From the NCBI GenBank assembly GCA_964487515.1, contig CAZARJ010000001.1:1295-42242 (forward strand): a stretch of DNA of 40,948 bases, read 5' to 3'. Shown in pieces: positions 9,982 to 18,041 of the stretch. The notes below the pieces were generated by a model, which saw only the letters and a list, made by a program, of their open reading frames with translations, made no database searches and was not told the origin of the DNA. The position numbers were made by a program, and so were the translations under genes. The stretch's first letter is position 1. Each line of letters starts with the position of its first letter. The stretch comes from an uncultured Conexibacteraceae bacterium (GTDB taxonomy: Bacteria > Actinomycetota > Thermoleophilia > Solirubrobacterales > 70-9).

Positions 9982-11553
9982 ATGCAGATCGAGCCTCAGC
10001 CAACCATCGCGGACCTGTTCGAGCACCTCGCGGCGCAAGCGCCCGAGCGGCTGCTCGTCACGCACGACGAGTTCGAGCTGACATACGGCGAGGCGGTAGA
10101 GCGGGTCGAGGAGCTGGCGGGCGCCTTGCTCGCGTCCGGAGTCGGCCACGGCGACCGGGTCGCCGTCTACAGCCCGCCCCACGCACAGACCCTGCTCATC
10201 TACCTGGCCACGGCGTCGATCGGCGCGATCTTCACCGGCCTGAGCCCGAAGCAGAGCGTCGACGAGATCGAGCGGGTGATCCGCGATGCGGAGCCCCGTC
10301 TGCTCTTCTTCGTCGGCCCGCTGGAGGACGAGCACGCCGGCAAGCTCGCCGAGCTCGAGCGGCGCCTGGAGGGCGGGCCCAAGCCGGAGCTGATCGCGCA
10401 GGAGGCGAGCGCCGGGCGGCCCTGGCCGGCGATCCACTCGTTGTTGCGCGATCGCCGTGCCTCCACCGCCGAGCATGCCGCGGCCCGGCGCGCGATCGGT
10501 CCCCGTGACCCCGTCGCGATGGTCTACACCTCGGGCTCCACCGGCCCCGCCCGCGGGGCGCTGCTCGTCAACGGGCCGATGGTCCGCTCCTACACGATCC
10601 AAGCGGACCACTGGTACGACGAGCCGCCCGTCGGAGTCGCCGACCTCCCGATCCATCACCTTGGCTTCGTCGGGGACAACTGCACCTCGCTGCTCGCCGG
10701 CGGTGGAACGATCCACATCATCGAGCGCTGGACGCCGGAGCGGATCCTGGAGCTGATCGAGCGCCGGCGGCTGACCTTCTGGTGGACGCAGACGACGATG
10801 CTGCTGCTCGCGAGCCGCTCCGAGCGCTGGGATGCCACGGACTTCAGCAGCCTGCGCCGGATCGCCTTCGGCGGGGCTCCGATCACCGAGGCGCTGCGCG
10901 CCAAGCTGGTTGCCACCGGCATCCCGCTCGGGCACGGCTACGGGATGACGGAGGTGCACGGCAATGCCACCTATGTGGACAACGACGCGCCGATCGACGT
11001 GATCACCGGAACCGTGGGCCGCGGCGACCACCGACTCGAGGTGATCGTCGCCGACGACGAGGGCCGCCGCTGCCCCATCGGCACGCCGGGCGAGATCCTG
11101 ATCCGCGGGGAGACCCTGTTCGGCGGCTACCGGCTCGCCGACGGCACGATCGACCCCGCCCGCGACGCCGACGGCTGGTATCACACCGCCGATCTGGGAG
11201 TGGAGCGGCCGGACGGCAATCTCGAGCTCGCCGGGCGCAAGGACGACATGTTCAAGTCGGGCGGCTTCAACGTCTACCCGCGCCAGATCGAGCAAGTTCT
11301 GGAAGGCCACGAGGGGGTCTCGGTGGCGGCGGTGATCGACATTCCCGACTCGACTTGGAGCCGCGTCGGCCAAGCCTACGTCCTGCTCGCGCCGGGATCG
11401 CGGGTCGACGAGGAGACGTTGCGCTCCTACAGCCGCGCCCGGCTCGCCAACTACAAGGTTCCAAAGCGCTTCGAGCTTCGCGCCGAGCTGCCGATGCTGC
11501 CCAGCGGCAAGGTCGACAAGGCGGCTTTGCGGCGCGAGGTCGGCGTCGGCTGA
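9982..11553 (+). CDS. AMP-dependent synthetase/ligase (acyl-CoA synthetase family)
   Basis: Adenylation motifs are present: MVYTSGSTGPARG, GYGMTE, WYHTADLG, GRKDDMFKSGGFNVYP, and a C-terminal PSGKVDK. Start taken at MQIEPQ (9982); the listed ORF begins at 9916. Confidence 0.85.
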   Translation: MQIEPQPTIADLFEHLAAQAPERLLVTHDEFELTYGEAVERVEELAGALLASGVGHGDRVAVYSPPHAQTLLIYLATASIGAIFTGLSPKQSVDEIERVIRDAEPRLLFFVGPLEDEHAGKLAELERRLEGGPKPELIAQEASAGRPWPAIHSLLRDRRASTAEHAAARRAIGPRDPVAMVYTSGSTGPARGALLVNGPMVRSYTIQADHWYDEPPVGVADLPIHHLGFVGDNCTSLLAGGGTIHIIERWTPERILELIERRRLTFWWTQTTMLLLASRSERWDATDFSSLRRIAFGGAPITEALRAKLVATGIPLGHGYGMTEVHGNATYVDNDAPIDVITGTVGRGDHRLEVIVADDEGRRCPIGTPGEILIRGETLFGGYRLADGTIDPARDADGWYHTADLGVERPDGNLELAGRKDDMFKSGGFNVYPRQIEQVLEGHEGVSVAAVIDIPDSTWSRVGQAYVLLAPGSRVDEETLRSYSRARLANYKVPKRFELRAELPMLPSGKVDKAALRREVGVG

Positions 11554-11623
11554 CCCGTCTCTTACCACCACCCCCCGCCACCTCTCTGCTCGCTCCGGGG
11601 TGGCTCAGGCTCGTGATACGCGA

Positions 11624-12583
11624 TCAGCGACCGGCGCGAGACCGCGCCAGGGTGCTGATCAGGTGATAGGCGGCGTTCGCGGCCGCCATCGCGGTCAGGT
11701 TCGCCACGTCGTAAGCAGGTGCGACCTCGACCACGTCGGCGGAGACGATCCGCTCGCCATGCGCGTCCGCGACCCCGGCCAGCAGGCGCTGCAGCTCCCG
11801 CGGCGTGAGGCCACCGATCTCCGGGGTCCCGGTGCCGGGCGCGAAAGCGGGATCGAGGACATCAACGTCGACGGTCACGTAAACGGGCCCGCCGGCGGCC
11901 ACCTCCCGCACCGCCTCGAGGGCGCCGTCGACGCCGTCGCGGTCGACCATCTGCGCCGTGACGGCGGTGAAGCCGAGCTCCCGGTTCTCATCCAGGTCGT
12001 TCTCGGCGTAGAGGGAGCCCCGGAGGCCGACCTGGACCGAGCGCGCGGGGTCCAGGGTGCCCTCCTCGACCGCACGCCGGAACATAGTTCCATGCGTCAG
12101 GTCGGCGCCAAAGTATGAGTCCCATGTATCAGTGTGGGCGTCGAGCTGGATCAGTCCCAGTGGCCCATGGGCGGCCGCCGCCGCACGCAACAGCGGCAGG
12201 GCAACCGAGTGATCTCCCCCGAGCCCGACCACCGCGGCGCCGCCCTCGTGAAGGGCCCGGGCCGCGTCCTCGATCGCTGCATGTGCCTCGATCATGTCCA
12301 CTGGGTTGAGGGCCGCGTCGCCGGCATCGGCCACCTGGACGGTGTCGAACGGGGAGACGCCGAGAACGGGGTCGTAGGGACGCAGCAGCAACGATGCCTC
12401 GCGTACCGCCGAAGGCCCAAAGCGCGAACCCGCGCGGAAGGTGGTCGCGCCGTCGTAAGGCGCCCCAAGGATCCCGATGTCGACCGTCTCCACGTCCTCG
12501 ACCCGGGGTAGGCGGGCGAACGTCCTCAAACCGGCGAAGCGGGGCACGATCGCCGCATCCACCTGTCCACGCGGCACGCTCAT
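11624..12583 (-). CDS. Ureohydrolase (agmatinase / guanidino-acid hydrolase family)
   Basis: Arginase-fold Mn-binding motifs: GGDHSV, LDAHTD, and VTVDVDVLDPAFAPGTGTPE. Start is at MSVPRGQ (cat at 12581-12583) and overlaps the upstream stop (ATGA). The Arg-rich 108-aa extension of the listed ORF looks non-coding. Confidence 0.85.
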   Translation of the reverse strand: MSVPRGQVDAAIVPRFAGLRTFARLPRVEDVETVDIGILGAPYDGATTFRAGSRFGPSAVREASLLLRPYDPVLGVSPFDTVQVADAGDAALNPVDMIEAHAAIEDAARALHEGGAAVVGLGGDHSVALPLLRAAAAAHGPLGLIQLDAHTDTWDSYFGADLTHGTMFRRAVEEGTLDPARSVQVGLRGSLYAENDLDENRELGFTAVTAQMVDRDGVDGALEAVREVAAGGPVYVTVDVDVLDPAFAPGTGTPEIGGLTPRELQRLLAGVADAHGERIVSADVVEVAPAYDVANLTAMAAANAAYHLISTLARSRAGR

Positions 12584-12996
12584 CGCTCGCCTCCAGAGGT
12601 GGTGAAGACCGGAAGGCGCCCGCCGCCATCGCACTCGTCGAAACGCACGCGCAGTGGCATTCCGGCCTCGATCGCATCCAGCTCCGGCGCCTCGATCGTG
12701 CTCACGATCCGCACGCCCTCCGCGAGTTCCACGAGACCGACCGCATAGGGGATCTGATCGGCGAGCGCCGGATCCAGGGGAACGTGGACAACGACCCAGC
12801 TGTGCACGACGCCGTCGCCGCTCGCCGTCCGCCACCGGGTTTTCGCCGATCCGCACGCCGGGCAACACGGGCCCGGCGGCCAGCGCGGCGTCTCGCAATC
12901 CGCACAACTGGGCAGGCGCAGCTCTCCGGAGTCGCAGCCTTCCCAGAAGGGCGCGGTGTCAACATCGCGCTCGGCAGTCGGCAAGCCGCTCAGCAT
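12580..12996 (-). CDS. Zn-ribbon/OB-fold protein (DUF35 family)
   Basis: Four-Cys ribbon (CADCETPRWPPGPCCPACGS) followed by an OB-fold region (VVHSWVVVH...GLVEL). Start MLSGLP at 12996 lies 2 nt after the thiolase-like stop. Confidence 0.8.
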   Translation of the reverse strand: MLSGLPTAERDVDTAPFWEGCDSGELRLPSCADCETPRWPPGPCCPACGSAKTRWRTASGDGVVHSWVVVHVPLDPALADQIPYAVGLVELAEGVRIVSTIEAPELDAIEAGMPLRVRFDECDGGGRLPVFTTSGGER

Positions 12997-12998
12997 GC

Positions 12999-14144
12999 TC
13001 AGGCCTCCCTTCCCAGCAGCACCGCCGACGCGGTACCCGCGGAGGCGCAGCACGACAGCACCGTGCCGGCGTCGTCGACTTGGACCGCGGCGGTGCCGCG
13101 CAGCTGTCTCACCGCTTCGAGGACGTGCGAGAGCCCCTGTACGTAGGCCTCGGAGAGGTTGCCGCCGTGGGTGTTCACTGGCAGCTCCCCGCCGTGCTCG
13201 ATCCGGCCGCCCTCGACGAACGCGCCTCCCTCGCCGGGCGCGCAGAAGCCATAGGCCTCGAGCGCCATGATCACGAACGGGGTGAAGTGGTCATAGACCA
13301 TCACGGCGTCGATGTGCTCGGGTCCGAGTCCCGTACGCTGGTAGAGATCGGCAGCACAGTGCTCGGCCTCCGAGCGGTCGAGATCGGGGCGGAACACGAC
13401 GCCCGCGCCCCCCGGGCCGGAGGCCTGGGCGCCGCCGAGCACGTAGGCGGGCCGATGTGGTCCTCCGAGCGCGCGCTCGGCGCTCGTCACGACCAGGGCG
13501 CAGGCCCCGTCGCTCTCGATGCAGCAGTCGAGCAGGCGCAGCGGGTCGGCGATCATCCGCGACGCTTGGTGGTCGGCGAGCGTGATCGGCTCGCGCATGA
13601 TTGCGTTCGGGTTCTGGGCGGCGTGCTTGCGCATCGCCACCGCGACGGCGCCGAATTGCTCGCTCGTGGTGCCGTAGCGGACCATGTGCCGGCGCGCGAG
13701 CTGGCCGAACTGGATCACGGGCGCGACCATCCCCCAGGGGACCTGGAACGCCTCTATCCCGCCCACCGTGCGCGCGGTCTCCCGGTCCCCCGCCTGACCG
13801 ATACGCCGGCCGGAGCGCCCATTCAGCGATCGGTAGCAGACGACGGTCTCAGCGGCCCCGGCGGCGATCGCGGCGGCGGCGTGCATGACGACGGCATTGC
13901 CGGCCGGCCCCCCGTCCCCCGCCTGGCTCATCCAGCCGAGGTTGCTCAGCCCGAGGTGAGTCGCGAGCTGTAGCTCGTCGATCTCGTCCCAGTCGTAGCG
14001 GACGACGCCGTCGACGTCTGCCAGCGAGAGGCCGGCATCGTCGACTGCGGCGCCGACGGCCTCGCAGGCGAGCGCGAGCTCGGTCCGGCCGGAGTTCTTC
14101 GAGTACTCCGTCTGGCCGATGCCGACGATCGCGGCGCTCGCCAT
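12999..14144 (-). CDS. Thiolase-fold protein of the SCP-x / lipid-transfer (Ltp) type, lacking the canonical Cys-His-Cys residues
   Basis: Ltp-like N-terminus (MASAAIVGIGQTEYSK), LDCCIESDGACALVV, and NTHGGNLSEAYVQG in place of the thiolase GHP motif. Start at 14144 overlaps the MaoC stop by 1 nt (TGATG). Confidence 0.85.
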   Translation of the reverse strand: MASAAIVGIGQTEYSKNSGRTELALACEAVGAAVDDAGLSLADVDGVVRYDWDEIDELQLATHLGLSNLGWMSQAGDGGPAGNAVVMHAAAAIAAGAAETVVCYRSLNGRSGRRIGQAGDRETARTVGGIEAFQVPWGMVAPVIQFGQLARRHMVRYGTTSEQFGAVAVAMRKHAAQNPNAIMREPITLADHQASRMIADPLRLLDCCIESDGACALVVTSAERALGGPHRPAYVLGGAQASGPGGAGVVFRPDLDRSEAEHCAADLYQRTGLGPEHIDAVMVYDHFTPFVIMALEAYGFCAPGEGGAFVEGGRIEHGGELPVNTHGGNLSEAYVQGLSHVLEAVRQLRGTAAVQVDDAGTVLSCCASAGTASAVLLGREA

Positions 14145-14605
14145 CAGCCTGCCTCCGTGCCGGCGAGCATGAACTTCTCGAACCCGTCGGCGAGCACCGT
14201 CCCGTCGTCGGCGACAATCTCGCAACTCAGCGTGACCACGCCACGATCGGGCTTCGAGGCGCTGCGGCGCAGATCCTCGACCCGATAGCGGACATGGATC
14301 GTCGTCCCCGGATAAGCGGGGGCCCGGAAGGCCCGCTCCATCTCAAGGTAGGCGAGGATCTTCCAGCGGTCGATCTGCGAGCGCAACCCGCTCTGAATCG
14401 TGACCAGCAGCCAGCCCTGAGCGATCCTGCCGCTGAGATCGGTCGACTCGCGGACGAAGACCTCGTCGGCGTGCAGGGGTGAGTAGTCGCCGGTGATCGC
14501 CGAGAAGCTGACGATGTCGGCCTCGGTCAGCGTGCGGCGGACCGACTCGAACGAGTCACCGACGGCGAGGTCGTCGAAGCCCACGTCCTGTCCTGTGTCA
14601 GCCAC
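14144..14605 (-). CDS. MaoC-like (R)-specific enoyl-CoA hydratase, single hot-dog
   Basis: 153 aa. Hydratase motif FSAITGDYSPLHADEVF. GTG start has GGAGG 6 nt upstream and overlaps the upstream gene by 8 nt. Confidence 0.85.
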   Translation of the reverse strand: MADTGQDVGFDDLAVGDSFESVRRTLTEADIVSFSAITGDYSPLHADEVFVRESTDLSGRIAQGWLLVTIQSGLRSQIDRWKILAYLEMERAFRAPAYPGTTIHVRYRVEDLRRSASKPDRGVVTLSCEIVADDGTVLADGFEKFMLAGTEAG

Positions 14606-15059
14606 CTTGGCCCTCCACCTCCGAGTCGAGCAGCATCACGTCGGCGCCGGTCATGACCTCTTCGCCGTCCTGGTTCTGGACCGTGACAGTCAGCGTCACC
14701 ACCACGGCGGTCGGCCGGCTGCGACTGGACCGTACTCCGGCTACCGTGTAGCGGCAGTGGATGGTGTCGCCAGCGCCGACCGGGGCGACGAAGCGCCGTG
14801 CCGTGTTCAGGTAGGAGATGACCGGCCAGTCGTCGAGCTGCGAACGCAGCCCGGTGACGATCGAAGCGATCATCTGCCCATGGGCGATCCGGCGGCCGAA
14901 GTGCTCGCGCGCGAACTCCTCGTCTACGTGTAGCGGGTTGAAGTCGTTCGAGAGCCCCGCGTAGTTGACGATGTCGGCCTCGGCGATCGTCCGCCGGGCC
15001 GTCACGAGCTCCTGGCCCGTCCGGATCTCGGCCACCGGGATGATCCGCGGCCCGCTCAC
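14598..15059 (-). CDS. MaoC-like enoyl-CoA hydratase, single hot-dog (second subunit)
   Basis: Hydratase motif YAGLSNDFNPLHVDEEFA. I prefer GTG 15059 (VSGPRI...) because GGAGG lies 8 nt upstream. The listed ORF start at 15098 would overlap the DUF1989 gene. Confidence 0.8.
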   Translation of the reverse strand: MSGPRIIPVAEIRTGQELVTARRTIAEADIVNYAGLSNDFNPLHVDEEFAREHFGRRIAHGQMIASIVTGLRSQLDDWPVISYLNTARRFVAPVGAGDTIHCRYTVAGVRSSRSRPTAVVVTLTVTVQNQDGEEVMTGADVMLLDSEVEGQGG

Positions 15060-15078
15060 CAAGTCGCCTCCGCGCGTT

Positions 15079-15699
15079 TCATGCCGGCACCACTTCAAGC
15101 TCGGTCACGCCGCCCTCGGCGTTGATCGGCCAGTCGTCTAGGCACAGGTCGTACGGGCAGGAGGAGACCACGCAGACCAGATCGATCAGCGCCTCGAGCA
15201 CAACCGAGCCGCCGGGAGGGACGGGGTTCGGATAGTTGACCAGCCGCTGCGAGGCGTCGATCTCGGTGTGGGTGAAGAAGTTGACGGGCTGGGGGACGAC
15301 GTCGATCTCGTACCCGCGAGCCGCCATAGCCTCGCGCAGGTTGTCAGAGCAGTTGCGATGCGGGCCCTCATGGCCGAGCTGCTCGTAGCGCGCCTGATCG
15401 CAGGCGGCGATGAACATGTCGTGCGCTCCTCCCGCGCGGTCGGCGATCAACCGCAGCATCGGGCGGCGGCGGCGGCTGAGCAGTTCCTGGCCCTCGCGCG
15501 GCGTCATCGTCCGCGTCCACGTCCACGTATGGCTCGGTGAGAGCCAGTCGCCCAGGTCATGCGCGTCGAAGGCGAAGAAATCCGCAGCCTGGGCCCCGGC
15601 CGGAGTGCGCAGCTCGAAGCGTTCACCCGCGACGACGTCGAAGGCACGACCCTCCGCGGCCGGGATGACCAGCGTCTCGCGCGTGCCGGAGAGGCCCAT
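15079..15699 (-). CDS. DUF1989 (urea-carboxylase-associated / carboxyguanidine-deiminase-like) protein
   Basis: 206 aa, recognised as DUF1989-type from the overall sequence pattern (e.g. FFAFDAHD, MFIAACD, NFFTHTEID, VSSCPYD). Start overlaps the ACAD stop by 1 nt (TGATG). Confidence 0.8.
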   Translation of the reverse strand: MGLSGTRETLVIPAAEGRAFDVVAGERFELRTPAGAQAADFFAFDAHDLGDWLSPSHTWTWTRTMTPREGQELLSRRRRPMLRLIADRAGGAHDMFIAACDQARYEQLGHEGPHRNCSDNLREAMAARGYEIDVVPQPVNFFTHTEIDASQRLVNYPNPVPPGGSVVLEALIDLVCVVSSCPYDLCLDDWPINAEGGVTELEVVPA

Positions 15700-16922
15700 C
15701 AGTAGCTCCTCGGCAGGCCGCAGCGCTCGGCGATGAAGTTGCGCGCCATCTCGTTCGAGATCGGCCCCGAGACCATGTCGCGGGCGTCGCGCAGATAGCG
15801 CATCATGTCCGCCTCTTCGGTGAGCGCGAAGCCGGCCATCGTGCGCATGCCGCAGTCGGTCGCCCGCACCGCGGCCTCGCCGGCCGCGTGCTTGGCGACC
15901 GCTGCCTCGACCGCGCAGTCCTCTCCCCCCGCCTCGAGCGCCGCCGCCCGCTCGCTCAGCAGCCGCGCGCCCTCGAGGTCGATGTAGGTCTCCGCCAGTG
16001 GATGCTGGACGGCTTGATAGGCGCCGATCGGCCGCCCGAAAGCCTCACGCTCGAGCGCATATCCCTTAGCGTCCTCGAAAGCCGCGCCGCCGATCCCCAG
16101 CGCCATGTAGGCCTGCAGGTTGCGCTCATGATTGAGCGTGCCGACGAGGGAGCGGAACCCGGCGCCGCGCTCACCGATCAGCGCCCCCTCAGGAGCCTCG
16201 GCACCATCGAGGTAAATCTCGGTCGTACCCGCGGCGCGCAGGCCCGCCATCTTCAGGCGCCGCACCTCGATCCCAGGCTGATCGCGCTCCAGCATGATCA
16301 GCGACAGTCCGTCGCTCTTGCGGCCGCCCTCGGGCACGTCATCGGTCCGCGCCAGGAAGACGATCACGTCCGCGTCCGCCGCAAGCGTGATGTAGAGCTT
16401 CTGGCCGCTCAGGCGCCAGGTGCCGTCACGCAGCTCGGCCCGGGTCCGGAGGTTGTTCATGTCCGTGCCCGTGTCGGGCTCGGTGAGCCCGAAGGAAAGG
16501 AGTGCCTCCCCCCGGGCCAGCCCCGGCAGGATGCGCTCGCACTGCTCCGGCGTTCCCTCCGAGCGCATGAAGCGCGCCGCCATCGAAACGACCATGTAGG
16601 CGGCGGCTAGCGAGGCGTAACGAGCCCCGAGCTCCTCGATCACCGCATAGTCGAGCCGCACGTCCGCATCCTGGCCTCCGTGCTCCTCGGGAACGAGTAG
16701 CCCAGTGACACCGAGCTCGCCGAGCTTCGGCCACAGCTCGCGTGGGATCTCACGCGCCGCATCCAGCTCGCGCACGCGCTCCCGAGGAAGCTCCTCGTCG
16801 AGGAAGCGGCGTACGCTCTCACGCAGCAGCCGCTCCTCGTCAGCGACGCTCGCCCCCTCAACTTCCGGCCTCGGTCCCAAGCTCTCCGTCCTTGAGTGAC
16901 TAAACGATTTGGCGCTGGTCAT
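15699..16922 (-). CDS. Acyl-CoA dehydrogenase
   Basis: ACAD fold: EERLLRESVRRFLDEE, GLTEPDTGTD, QKLYITLA, and a C-terminal GPISNEM. Start is ATG 16922, or TTG 16880 (GGAG 4 nt upstream). With the TTG start, the operator-like site at 16900 would lie in the leader. Confidence 0.85.
   Translation of the reverse strand: MTSAKSFSHSRTESLGPRPEVEGASVADEERLLRESVRRFLDEELPRERVRELDAAREIPRELWPKLGELGVTGLLVPEEHGGQDADVRLDYAVIEELGARYASLAAAYMVVSMAARFMRSEGTPEQCERILPGLARGEALLSFGLTEPDTGTDMNNLRTRAELRDGTWRLSGQKLYITLAADADVIVFLARTDDVPEGGRKSDGLSLIMLERDQPGIEVRRLKMAGLRAAGTTEIYLDGAEAPEGALIGERGAGFRSLVGTLNHERNLQAYMALGIGGAAFEDAKGYALEREAFGRPIGAYQAVQHPLAETYIDLEGARLLSERAAALEAGGEDCAVEAAVAKHAAGEAAVRATDCGMRTMAGFALTEEADMMRYLRDARDMVSGPISNEMARNFIAERCGLPRSY
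16900..16911. promoter_or_regulatory. Candidate LacI operator (CTAAACGATTTG) at the head of the 7-gene operon
   Basis: Shares CGATTTGGCG with the 8775 site. A weaker relative, TTATCGTTTTTG, lies at about 16990-17001 in the same divergent region. Confidence 0.35.
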
Positions 16923-17153
16923 GGTAACAGGAACATCGGGGTCCTGCGCCTCCCACCAAACACCATACGACCGCGAAAGGCCGGGCAGTTTATCGTTTTT
17001 GCAATCAGCTCTCGGGATGCCACTCAGATATCCGCACGGAGCCCTTCGACCAGCTCCGGCGACCATCTAGGAGACGGAGGCGAGCTGGCGCTCGGCGACG
17101 CCGCCCTGACCGGAGGCGCCGGGCCGCCCGGCCGGGCTCCGGCACCGGTCCGC

Positions 17154-18041
17154 GTGGATCTACCGGCGGGCATCTCCTTGGCGCTCGGCGCGGTGCTCGT
17201 CGTGCAGCTCGGTCATGCACTCGCCGTCGTGCTCCTGGAACGAATCGGGGTGATGATGACCGCGGGCTTCCGGGCCGGCTTCTCGGCCCTCGTCCTGCTA
17301 CTCGCCTCGCGCCCAGCGGTCCGCTCCCTCAGCCGCTCGCAGCGCCGCCTGGTCGCGATCTTCGGCTCCAACTTCGTCGTCCAGTCACTCGCGCTCTACG
17401 TCGCGATCTCGCGCATCCCACTCGGGATCGCGCTCTCGATCGCCTTCCTGGGCCCGCTCGGCACCGCCGTCTGGCGCGGACGCCGAGCCCGCGATCTGGC
17501 CTGCGCCGCGATGGCGCTCACCGGCGTCATCCTGCTCGTCGAAACGCCCGGGGCCGCCGGCGACGTCGATTCGGTCGGCCTGCTCGCCGCCGCGGTCGCA
17601 GCGGGCTCGTGGGCGGTCTACATCTATTGCTCGGAGCGCGCGCGCGCGACGATGCCACGGCTCGACGGGCTCGCGCTCTCGATGAGCCTGGCGGCGTGCG
17701 TGCTCGTCCCCGCGGCGTTCATCTCCGGCCCGACGCAGCCCCTGGTGCCCGGCGACATCGGCCTCGGATTCGCTACCGCCCTGCTGGCCACCGCGATCCC
17801 ATTCAGCATGGAGTCGCTCGCCCTGAGCCGGACTCCGGTGCACTTGTTCGGGATCCTGATGAGCACCGAGCCCGCAGTCGCCGCGCTGGTCGGATTCATC
17901 GCCCTCGGCCAGGCCTTACCGGCCGCCGCAGTCGCCGGTATCGCGCTCGTCGTCGCCGCCTCCGTCACCGCCACCCTCGGCGGCCGCAGGGTGACCCGGA
18001 AACAGGCGGCAACGAGGCGTTACGGTCGCCGGAGCTCGTGA
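17154..18041 (+). CDS. EamA/DMT-family transporter
   Basis: About 10 hydrophobic segments in two EamA-like halves. The start is uncertain (GTG 17154 chosen); the hydrophilic first ~85 codons of listed ORF 16896.. look non-coding. The stop overlaps the next start (TGATG). Confidence 0.65.
   Translation: MDLPAGISLALGAVLVVQLGHALAVVLLERIGVMMTAGFRAGFSALVLLLASRPAVRSLSRSQRRLVAIFGSNFVVQSLALYVAISRIPLGIALSIAFLGPLGTAVWRGRRARDLACAAMALTGVILLVETPGAAGDVDSVGLLAAAVAAGSWAVYIYCSERARATMPRLDGLALSMSLAACVLVPAAFISGPTQPLVPGDIGLGFATALLATAIPFSMESLALSRTPVHLFGILMSTEPAVAALVGFIALGQALPAAAVAGIALVVAASVTATLGGRRVTRKQAATRRYGRRSS

Noticed and set aside
12584-12907. 108-aa N-terminal extension of the ureohydrolase ORF (similar extensions at 14145-14225, 16923-17066, 17609-18040 and 39005-39676)
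   Set aside because: The extensions are Arg/Gly-rich, overlap the upstream genes, and precede internal starts that give family-typical N-termini with SD sequences or stop/start coupling.
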